A stretch of DNA of 24,000 bases from Candidatus Woesebacteria bacterium (GCA_016432525.1 CP066693.1:689773-713772); one strand, 5' to 3'; counted from the first letter of the stretch, positions 1 through 6,578 are shown. Numbers and translations: made by a program. The notes: generated by a model not told the origin, from the sequence alone.

Positions 1-54
1 TGCTCTTGTAGAAATTATGAAGTCAATCTTTCTTAAAAAGTTTAGTCTCTAAGT

Positions 55-351
55 CTACTCATCAATATCATTATGCTCATCCTCAACATGGAATCCGCTT
101 GGTAGATCATCTTCTTCCTCCTCGTTTTCAACTTCTTCCTCTTCTTCATCATGAGCAAGAGCCTTTTCATCTTCATCGATTTTGCGAGCTAAATCAGCAG
201 ACTCGTTCAATCTTGGTTCTTCGCCAGTTACCTTCTTTCTAGTCTCATCTATATCTGAGTAAGATTCATCTTCACCGACAATCTCCTCACCATATATTTC
301 ATCTTGTTTTTCTAATTCTTTTTGAATTTCATCCGCCTTTGGTCTTGCCAT
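55..351 (-). CDS. hypothetical small, extremely acidic protein (98 aa)
   Basis: Uninterrupted ORF just downstream (minus strand) of the tRNA-Leu/Pro/Gly array. D/E-rich low-complexity C-terminal half. No domain recognised and no obvious SD. Confidence 0.4.
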   Translation of the reverse strand: MARPKADEIQKELEKQDEIYGEEIVGEDESYSDIDETRKKVTGEEPRLNESADLARKIDEDEKALAHDEEEEEVENEEEEDDLPSGFHVEDEHNDIDE

Positions 352-399
352 AGATTAAATTTTACGAAAGATTAAGGATATTGCAAGAAGTAAAATCTG

Positions 400-470
400 A
401 GCGGGTAGCGGGAATCGAACCCGCACAAACAGATTGGAAATCTGTTGTTCTACCATTAAACCATACCCGC
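400..470 (-). tRNA. tRNA-Gly (anticodon UCC)
   Basis: Hand-folded cloverleaf: acceptor GCGGGTA/TACCCGC, anticodon loop TT-TCC-AA, T-arm GCGGG-TTCGATT-CCCGC. CCA not encoded. Confidence 0.9.
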
Positions 471-475
471 TTGTG

Positions 476-549
476 TCGGGGTAGGAGGACTCGAACCTCC
501 GGCCTCCGCTTCCCAAAAGCGGCGCTCTAGCCAACTGAGCCATACCCCG
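476..549 (-). tRNA. tRNA-Pro (anticodon UGG)
   Basis: Acceptor CGGGGTA/TACCCCG, anticodon loop TT-TGG-GA, T-arm GGAGG-TTCGAGT-CCTCC. 5 nt from tRNA-Gly. Confidence 0.9.
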
Positions 550-553
550 TTTG

Positions 554-637
554 TGCCGAAGGCGGGACTCGAACCCACATCTCGCTAAGCGGGACACGCT
601 CTTAAGGCGTGCGTGTATACCATTCCACCACTTCGGC
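554..637 (-). tRNA. tRNA-Leu (anticodon UAA), type II with long variable arm
   Basis: Acceptor GCCGAAG/CTTCGGC, anticodon loop CT-TAA-GA, 84 nt. A TATAAT box (minus strand; plus-strand attata at 650..655) lies about 12 nt upstream. Confidence 0.9.
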
Positions 638-684
638 TATTGAACATCATATTATACCCCACTTTGCCTCATATTTTCTAACTC

Positions 685-693
685 TGGTATAAT
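685..693 (+). promoter_or_regulatory. extended -10 promoter TGGTATAAT for the 738..1514 gene
   Basis: tggtataat lies 45 nt upstream of the GTG start. The same TGnTATAAT box recurs before many genes and tRNAs in this window. Confidence 0.4.
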
Positions 694-737
694 ACAGCTC
701 AAAGTCTAAACTGAGCTCTTTAAAAAAGGAGTTTGAA

Positions 738-1514
738 GTGGCAAACATTCATGTTGCGCTACTAAGTATTTTGGATCAAAAATCCTTATTCACAAAACCT
801 TTTTCGTATTTCGTTAAATTAGCTGTAGGAATGGGTTACAACGGTTTTGAGGTCCAACCGCCCAGATCAATCTTTCCAATTGGTTTTCAACTGAGATTTT
901 CATTACCAAATCCAGAAAAATATTTCATCAAATCACTACATCAAAGTTTCAGAAGTGAACGCTGGCCTTGGCAATGGATCACTCACCAAAGAAAAAAGGA
1001 TGCTTTAAAGGCATATATTCTTTTCAACTACCGCCCGGACTCACCAAAAGATCTTCGGCGAATAATGAAAAATCTAGGCCACGAAATTCCGGTTGTTCTT
1101 TATCCGAGTCATCCAGGAGAAAAACCAGTCACAAGATTTGATTTTCAAGAAATGCTCATTCAACCTTCACTGGGTTGGATGCAAACACATTGGATATCAA
1201 ATCCTAAAGATTACATTGAGGCTATAAGACGACATGGATTCCATGGATTGGCAATAGACACAGCCCATGTCCAATCTTGTCAGAAATACATGCATGTACC
1301 AACCGAATTTCTTATAAAGAGTTGGTTTTCCTACATTTACGAAGTGCATATTTCACTCTCAAGAGAAGTGGGTGACGATCAAGAAACTCATCGTATTCTG
1401 GAAATACTTAAGGATTATGGCTATTATGGTCTGTATGTTGTTGAAACAGCGCCAAATCCAAATCCAAATTTTCACAAAAAAATCGTAGACGATCTTCAAA
1501 GGATCTTAAGTTAG
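738..1514 (+). CDS. xylose-isomerase-like TIM-barrel protein (sugar phosphate isomerase/epimerase or AP-endonuclease-2 fold), tentative
   Basis: GTG start with AGGAG at 727..731. Motifs GLAIDTAHV and YEVHISL resemble the metal-binding xxDTxH and HxxD/S strands of that fold. Assignment by eye only. Confidence 0.45.
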   Translation: MANIHVALLSILDQKSLFTKPFSYFVKLAVGMGYNGFEVQPPRSIFPIGFQLRFSLPNPEKYFIKSLHQSFRSERWPWQWITHQRKKDALKAYILFNYRPDSPKDLRRIMKNLGHEIPVVLYPSHPGEKPVTRFDFQEMLIQPSLGWMQTHWISNPKDYIEAIRRHGFHGLAIDTAHVQSCQKYMHVPTEFLIKSWFSYIYEVHISLSREVGDDQETHRILEILKDYGYYGLYVVETAPNPNPNFHKKIVDDLQRILS

Positions 1515-3182
1515 CATAGCTTTAAGATATGCTACAAACACAGGATGGGGAGTTAGTGGACGGCTAATGTATTCAGGATGAAACTGAGTACCTACGAAAA
1601 AAGGATGATCCTTTAATTCGATTGCCTCCACTAGCTTTCCATCTGGACTTGTTCCAGAAATCACAAACCCCGCCTTCTCAAACTCCTTTTTATATTTATT
1701 GTTAAATTCGTATCTATGTCTATGTCTTTCACAAATCATATTCTTAACCTTCTTCCCATTTCTATCCTGATACCAGGGAGCATTCTCTAAATTTCCATAT
1801 TCTTTATAAGCATTAGAAAGAACCGTGCCAGTTTTTAAAACACATGGCCAAGCCCCCAATCGTATTGTTCCTCCATATTGCTTTTTAGATAAGTATTCTT
1901 TTTGTTTAGGCATTATATGAATTACAGGAAAGGGAGTTACAGGATCCGCCTCGGTTGTGTTTGCTTTTTTCATCTTCAAAACGCTACGGCTAAATTCAAT
2001 TGTTGCCATTTGCATCCCAAAACACAGCCCTAAATATGGAATTTTATTCTCTCGTGCATATTTTACAGCCTCAATTTTACCCTCAGTCCCTCTAGATCCC
2101 CATCCTTGAGGAACAACAATTCCATCAAATCTCTTAAGTAAACCAATTCCTTTCTTTTCAATTTCTTCGCTATCTATCCATGAAAGGTCAGGACAAACTC
2201 CCCAAAACCAACAAGCATGCCTAATTGCTTCAACTACAGAAACATATGAGTCAACTAAAGAATAATCCCCAGTTACAAAATATTTTCCAACCATTGCAAT
2301 CTTTATTTTTTTACCCCATTTACGAGTAGCTCTTTTAGTCATTGTTTGCCAATCCTTCAAATCTTTGTGCTTTCTGGATCTTAAACTCAACAAATTAAGA
2401 CAAGCTGTTGCTAAATGATGGTTCTGCTTATGAAATAGTAAGGGAACACCATAAATCGTATTCAAATCAGGAGCACTAAACACGCGCTCGGGAAGCATGT
2501 TACAAAATAGTGCTAATTTATCCGCTCTTTTCTTGTCGATAGGGACCTCACTTCGAGCAATCAAAATATCGGGCTGAATCCCAAGTCCATTTAAAATATG
2601 AACACTTGTTTGAGCAGGTTTAGATTTCAATTCTCCCACATTGGCTAAATAGGGAAGGTAGGTTACATGAACATGAATTACGTCTTTTGGATTTTTAAGC
2701 CTAAGTATTCTTGATGCTTCAAAAAAGATTCCATTTTTATATTCCCCAACAGTCCCACCGTATTCAATAATAACAACCTCTGCTTTGTTAACATCTCCAG
2801 CAAGCTTTATTCGCCTTATAATCTCATCAGTTACATGAGGAATAACATCCACTGTATCCCCGCTATATTCAAAAGCTCGCTCTCGCTTTATTACTTCACT
2901 ATAAACTTGTCCCGCTGTAATGTAATTCTCTTTTTTTAAATTTCCATGAACAAAACGCTCATAGTGCCCCAAGTCCTCGTCTGTTTCCATTCCATCATGG
3001 GTCACAAATACTTCACCATGCTCTTGTGGACGAAGTGTTCCTGCGTCAACATTAAAATACATATCTGCTTTAACTGGAGTAACTCGAAAACCACGCGATT
3101 TGAGAAGAAAAGATAAGGATGCTGTAACAATCCCTTTGCCAAGCCCACTAACTACTCCCCCTGAAACAAAAATATATTTCAC
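1506..3182 (-). CDS. pyrG: CTP synthase
   Basis: 558 aa. N-terminal MKYIFVSGGVVSGLGKG synthetase motif. C-terminal class I glutamine amidotransferase with GLCFGMQ (nucleophile Cys) and the HRHRYEFN / FHPEY motifs. Confidence 0.95.
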   Translation of the reverse strand: MKYIFVSGGVVSGLGKGIVTASLSFLLKSRGFRVTPVKADMYFNVDAGTLRPQEHGEVFVTHDGMETDEDLGHYERFVHGNLKKENYITAGQVYSEVIKRERAFEYSGDTVDVIPHVTDEIIRRIKLAGDVNKAEVVIIEYGGTVGEYKNGIFFEASRILRLKNPKDVIHVHVTYLPYLANVGELKSKPAQTSVHILNGLGIQPDILIARSEVPIDKKRADKLALFCNMLPERVFSAPDLNTIYGVPLLFHKQNHHLATACLNLLSLRSRKHKDLKDWQTMTKRATRKWGKKIKIAMVGKYFVTGDYSLVDSYVSVVEAIRHACWFWGVCPDLSWIDSEEIEKKGIGLLKRFDGIVVPQGWGSRGTEGKIEAVKYARENKIPYLGLCFGMQMATIEFSRSVLKMKKANTTEADPVTPFPVIHIMPKQKEYLSKKQYGGTIRLGAWPCVLKTGTVLSNAYKEYGNLENAPWYQDRNGKKVKNMICERHRHRYEFNNKYKKEFEKAGFVISGTSPDGKLVEAIELKDHPFFVGTQFHPEYISRPLTPHPVFVAYLKAMLT

Positions 3183-3276
3183 TTTATCCAGCTTTTAAAA
3201 TAACCAAATTAACACACAATTGTCAATAGTGGTATAATCACTCAAATTTTAGACACAAGGCCAGAAGGAGATTAAA

Positions 3277-3492
3277 ATGTCTCAAATCAAAGAAGGCTCA
3301 AGAGTTCAAGTTGACAACCTAAAAGCAAATACAGACAGTTTTTTGGTAACAAAAAGTGATCTGGCAAACCGTCAAGTCGGAATTACAGGGAAAGTAGTTT
3401 CAAGAGTTCCTGGAAATAAAAACGTTTGGTGGTTGAAAATCGGATACAAATTCGCACCTTTCCATAGTAGCGAGCTAGTCAATCTTGAATAA
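3277..3492 (+). CDS. hypothetical small protein (71 aa)
   Basis: Strong SD (aaggag) 8 nt before the ATG. TGGTATAAT box at about 3226..3234. No domain recognised. Confidence 0.6.
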   Translation: MSQIKEGSRVQVDNLKANTDSFLVTKSDLANRQVGITGKVVSRVPGNKNVWWLKIGYKFAPFHSSELVNLE

Positions 3493-3502
3493 AAAGGCCT
3501 AG

Positions 3503-3574
3503 TGCACCCAGAAGGAATCGAACCCTCATTCCTTGTTCCGAAGACAAGTGCTCTATCCGTTGAGCTATGGGTGC
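3503..3574 (-). tRNA. tRNA-Arg (anticodon UCG)
   Basis: Acceptor GCACCCA/TGGGTGC, anticodon loop CT-TCG-GA, T-arm GAGGG-TTCGATT-CCTTC. Minus-strand TGATATAAT box at 3587..3595 upstream. Confidence 0.9.
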
Positions 3575-3597
3575 TAATTTCTCTAAATTATATCATT

Positions 3598-3631
3598 GCC
3601 GTTTCGGTAAAAAATTACTCACCGAAACGGC
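3598..3631. other. perfect 11-bp stem hairpin (gccgtttcggt / accgaaacggc)
   Basis: Lies between the stop of the minus-strand ORF at 3638 and the tRNA-Arg promoter. The T-run is in the loop or 5' flank, not 3' of the stem, so it is not a canonical intrinsic terminator. Confidence 0.35.
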
Positions 3632-3637
3632 AAAAAA

Positions 3638-3900
3638 TTAACGTGCTACTAAAAACTTAACCCACCTCCTTTCAAAGCGTAAAAGACCACTACTGTCTCT
3701 ATCTGCCCCAAATTCCCATTGTTTTTCCTTTAATGATAGAGAATCAATAAAATCTTCAAGTCTTTTATGTCTTCCAAGATAGGTTGTTGTTGTAAATCTT
3801 CTTTGTGATACCTTACAAAATATCCTTCCCAAGGATACTCATCCTTTGGTAAAACCCAAAAAGCAACTAGATTAAAAAACCAAGCGAAAGGATTAAACAT
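3638..3900 (-). pseudogene. hypothetical gene split over two frames (possible frameshift at a CAA repeat)
   Basis: ATG at 3900 with a GGGGG SD. The frame ends at 3730. An overlapping frame (3638..3832) continues without a credible start of its own. The switch point coincides with caacaacaacc (about 3781..3792). Confidence 0.3.
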
Positions 3901-3976
3901 TTGACCCCCAAGGCTAAATAGGTGCGAAATATAGGTCAATTTTACTCTAAATCATTTAACATGTAAAATTATAGGT

Positions 3977-5053
3977 ATGGGCGACATTCAGGAACAAATA
4001 AAAGATATTGAGGATGTACTTGCAAAAACCCCTCATCATAAAGCCACAGACCATTTCATAGGTCGTATGAGAGCTCGTATTGCAAGGCTCAAGGATCAAC
4101 AAATTGAAACCACTCTTAAAAAAGGTGGCGGTGGGGGAGGAGGCTATGCCGTTAAAAAACACGGTGATGCAACAATCGTTCTAGTCGGCCCACCATCTGT
4201 TGGCAAATCAACTTTAATTAACAATCTCACCAATGCTCAATCTAAAGTTGCTGAATACTCATTTACAACAGTTTCAGTCATTCCAGGAATGCTTGAATAT
4301 AAAGGGGCTCGTTTCCAAATTTTAGATGTTCCAGGCCTTATTGAAGGGGCAAAAGAAGGCAAAGGTAAAGGTCGCGAAGTTTTATCAATTGTCCGAAATG
4401 CAGACCTAATAATTCTAATGACTGATATTTACAAAGTTGATATTATAAAAATTCTTGAGAGGGAACTCTACGAGGCAGGTCTAAGGATAAATAAAGAAAA
4501 ACCAGATGTAAAAGTCGATAAAAAAATTGATGGAGGTCTGCACGTTTTCTCAAACATAAAACAGGAGTTTGATAAAGAAACAATAAAAGAAGTAGCTCGC
4601 GAGATTGGCATTAAAAATGCAGATATTACAATAAAAGAAAAACTAAGTTTAGAAAGATTGATAGACGCATTTAATAAAAATAGAATTTATATTCCAGCTT
4701 TATATGTTATAAATAAAGCTGACCTTGCTCGCCGAAGTCTTAAAGGCAGGACAAACTATTTATACATTAGTGCCAATAAAAATACTGGGATAGAAATTCT
4801 TAAAGAAAAAATTTGGGAAGCTCTAAATTTTGCAACAGTCTATTTAGTCGAGCCAAACGAGGAGCCATCTTTCAATCATCCGATTATTACCAAAAAGGGA
4901 GTCACATTAAAGCAGTTGGCAGAAAAAATAGGAACTAATTTTGCAGAAGGCAAAAAGAAAGCAAAGATTTGGGGAACTGGCGCTAAATTTGCTTCACAAG
5001 AAGTAAGCCTAAAAACTCAAATTCAGGATGGAATGCAAGTAAGATTTGTTTAA
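3977..5053 (+). CDS. DRG/Rbg-type OBG-family GTPase with C-terminal TGS domain
   Basis: N-terminal MGxxExIxxIExxxxxTxxxKAT plus a Gly-run (KKGGGGGGG). G1 GPPSVGKS, G3 DVPGLIEGA, G4 NKAD. The layout matches eukaryotic/archaeal DRG rather than bacterial Obg (no Obg-fold N-domain). Confidence 0.8.
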   Translation: MGDIQEQIKDIEDVLAKTPHHKATDHFIGRMRARIARLKDQQIETTLKKGGGGGGGYAVKKHGDATIVLVGPPSVGKSTLINNLTNAQSKVAEYSFTTVSVIPGMLEYKGARFQILDVPGLIEGAKEGKGKGREVLSIVRNADLIILMTDIYKVDIIKILERELYEAGLRINKEKPDVKVDKKIDGGLHVFSNIKQEFDKETIKEVAREIGIKNADITIKEKLSLERLIDAFNKNRIYIPALYVINKADLARRSLKGRTNYLYISANKNTGIEILKEKIWEALNFATVYLVEPNEEPSFNHPIITKKGVTLKQLAEKIGTNFAEGKKKAKIWGTGAKFASQEVSLKTQIQDGMQVRFV

Positions 5054-5373
5054 CTATTTCCGTAACCTTTGCCCCAAGCTTCTGTCCTTGGCCCTTTTCC
5101 AATTCCAGCATTCGGATTCTGTACAGTATCTGGGGTGATGCTACTAAGTCCTGGATCTTGAGCCACTCTTTGGCTTACTTTAGGCTTGGCTTCACTTCTC
5201 ACTCCAGCAGATTGACTTACTGGCTGGCCTCCTCTTCCCTCCTTTGCAACTTTTTTCAAAACCTCGCTTTGTCCCCATAAACTTCCTTCTTCACTCTCTG
5301 AACTCTCCTCTTTCATTGGAGCATTCATATCATTATTAAGCTTTTGAAGTTTTGGACTTACTGGATCTGCCAT
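5050..5373 (-). CDS. hypothetical low-complexity (S/P/G/K/E-rich) protein
   Basis: ORF in track (TTG at 5388 or ATG at 5373). No SD and no domain. Overlaps the GTPase stop by 4 nt. Confidence 0.3.
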   Translation of the reverse strand: MADPVSPKLQKLNNDMNAPMKEESSESEEGSLWGQSEVLKKVAKEGRGGQPVSQSAGVRSEAKPKVSQRVAQDPGLSSITPDTVQNPNAGIGKGPRTEAWGKGYGNS

Positions 5374-5410
5374 ATAACCATTATGCAATTATTGATCTAA
5401 TCTGTCAATC

Positions 5411-5441
5411 TGAGCGGCGGATCCCGCCTTGGCGGGACGAC
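5411..5441 (-). repeat. duplicated, degenerate 3' portion of tRNA-Gly(GCC)
   Basis: tgagcggcgga (5411..5421) is identical to 5686..5696, the 3' acceptor strand plus flank of tRNA-Gly(GCC). The adjoining cccgc-cttg-gcggg hairpin occupies the place of the T-arm. Confidence 0.7.
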
Positions 5442-5442
5442 T

Positions 5443-5683
5443 TCATTCTTGAATCAGCTTCTTAAACTCATTTCCCTTTTGTAAGATTTTATTTCTAATT
5501 CTCTGTCAACCGCCTGGTTTCTAAAATCAAATTTTCACTATAAACAATTTCGTAAGGACCTTTATTCCTAGTATATTTACTTCCTCCTTTATTGTGTCTC
5601 AATAATCTTTTTTCTAAATTGCAAGTTGAACCAATATAATGTTTTCCAGTAGTAAGACTTCGAAGAATATATACGTAATACAC
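5443..5683 (-). pseudogene. GIY-YIG nuclease family gene (UPF0213-like), apparently frameshifted twice
   Basis: VYYVYILRSLTTGKHYIGSTCNLEKRLLRHN is the GIY-YIG core. After ...IVYSENLILET the expected C-terminus is found in the other two frames (QAVDRELEIKSYK, then GNEFKKLIQE-stop). The track ORF's N-terminal extension overlaps tRNA-Gly. Confidence 0.6.
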
Positions 5684-5687
5684 CTTG

Positions 5688-5759
5688 AGCGGCGGACCGG
5701 GTTTGAACCGGCGACCTCTTCCTTGGCAAGGAAGCATTCTACCACTGAACTACCGCCGC
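5688..5759 (-). tRNA. tRNA-Gly (anticodon GCC)
   Basis: Acceptor GCGGCGG/CCGCCGC, anticodon loop TT-GCC-AA, T-arm GCCGG-TTCAAAC-CCGGT. Confidence 0.9.
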
Positions 5760-5764
5760 TTAAG

Positions 5765-5837
5765 TGCTGAGACTGTGAGTCGAACACAGATCTGACGCTC
5801 TTCAGGCGCCCGCCGTGACCACCTTGGCTATCTCAGC
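5765..5837 (-). tRNA. tRNA-Phe (anticodon GAA)
   Basis: Acceptor GCTGAGA/TCTCAGC, anticodon loop CT-GAA-GA, T-arm CTGTG-TTCGACT-CACAG. Confidence 0.9.
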
Positions 5838-5846
5838 ATGAGTCTT

Positions 5847-5876
5847 TAAAACCGAGACAAACTTGTTTATCTCGGC
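5847..5876 (-). terminator. terminator-like hairpin (ccgaga N12 tctcgg + TTTT) upstream of tRNA-Phe
   Basis: On the minus strand a 6-bp stem is followed by TTTT, ending 10 nt before the tRNA-Phe 5' end. It lies downstream of a TGGTATAAT box (5926..5934). Confidence 0.3.
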
Positions 5877-5940
5877 AAAATTCTGACTTTGGCAAGACGA
5901 GCTATGCTCATCTTGGCTCAATGCAATTATACCAAACTTG

Positions 5941-6012
5941 TGGACGCTGAGGGATTCGAACCCCCGACTTTTTCGATGTAAACGAAACACTCTACCGCTG
6001 AGTTAAGCGTCC
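5941..6012 (-). tRNA. tRNA-Val (anticodon UAC)
   Basis: Acceptor GGACGCT/AGCGTCC, anticodon loop TT-TAC-AT, T-arm with TTCGAAT loop. Confidence 0.9.
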
Positions 6013-6050
6013 AAAGCGACGCTTGGCTCCCTTCGGGTAGTAAGCGTCCT

Positions 6051-6148
6051 CTGTGCTCTACATATTATACCATTCGAACTTACTTTCAGTCTCAATGCGG
6101 AGTGGCGGCTTGAACGCCACCAAGCCGCCACGTTATTTCTACCACTCG
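6051..6148 (+). repeat. left junction: core + arm Y (98 bp), perfect inverted copy at 11749..11846
   Basis: 98/98 identity to the reverse complement of 11749..11846, checked base by base. Contains a minus-strand TGGTATAAT box (6064..6072) and an 11-bp-stem hairpin (6102..6131). Confidence 0.95.
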
Positions 6149-6510
6149 GCGCTCATCGCCTCGTGGGTAAGATTCTCTTTTGCGCGCGTACAGTCGCTTT
6201 GCGACTGATTTATAAATTTACCCCTTACAAGGAAAGTGCGGGGTTGCCTAAAGCAACTGCCTTGCAGAACAAGCGGCAAAGAAATGCCTCAAAGTTTTGC
6301 TTCGCAAAAGTACCAAGCTAACGCAAGGCACAGAAGTTCCCCGCCAGTTTGGCGGGGAAGAGGCTAAGTTCCTGCTTCCAGCAGGAAGCCGCTTTCATCC
6401 GCCTTCGGCGGTTGCGCTCCTGCGAGGAAATTGACTACGCAATTTAGTGCGGCTCGCGCCGCACTCAAACAGAACCACACCGTAAAACTAAACCCGTGCA
6501 GATGCCGTGC
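6149..6510. other. ORF-free GC-rich region with at least 7 perfect short stem-loops (candidate structured RNA or protein-binding/origin region)
   Basis: Hairpins at 6191..6207, 6243..6257, 6295..6309, 6337..6359 (9 bp), 6369..6387, 6399..6411 and 6446..6465 (8 bp). No ORF of 60 aa or more on any frame. Strand undetermined. Confidence 0.4.
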
Positions 6511-6512
6511 TT

Positions 6513-6541
6513 TTGCCTCAAGTTAATGATATAAATATATA
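6513..6541 (+). promoter_or_regulatory. candidate sigma70-type promoter TTGCCT-N17-TATATA for the Fic-ART operon
   Basis: Hexamers and spacing read directly. Located 38 nt upstream of the 47-aa ORF. Confidence 0.35.
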
Positions 6542-6578
6542 TGAACCTAATTGTTCGGTAACTCTTATTTAATTAACC

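Noticed and set aside
355-597. 80-aa ORF on the minus strand
   Set aside because: Lies entirely across three well-formed tRNA genes (Gly, Pro, Leu). It is a translation artefact.
3956-4162. 68-aa minus-strand ORF
   Set aside because: Antisense to the 5' end of the DRG-type GTPase gene.
5684-5737. N-terminal extension of the GIY-YIG ORF (MLPCQGRGRRFKPGPPLK)
   Set aside because: These codons are the antisense-free read-through of tRNA-Gly(GCC) itself. The GIY-YIG core starts at the GTG at 5683.
5926-5934. TGGTATAAT box between tRNA-Val and tRNA-Phe as the tRNA-Phe promoter
   Set aside because: A terminator-like hairpin with a T-run (5847..5876) lies between this box and tRNA-Phe, so the assignment is ambiguous. 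It could instead define a ~70-nt leader or small RNA. It is left as a note only.
5802-5990. 62-aa ORF on the minus strand
   Set aside because: Overlaps tRNA-Phe and tRNA-Val and the inter-tRNA leader. No SD and no domain.
6094-6148. Arm-Y tRNA-like sequence as a functional tRNA gene
   Set aside because: It is only ~55 nt with no anticodon arm, and the acceptor/T-stem register is off by one. It is treated as a fragment or mimic.
6149-6510. GC-rich hairpin block as a CRISPR array or simple tandem repeat
   Set aside because: The stems are all different sequences with irregular spacing. There is no repeat-spacer periodicity.
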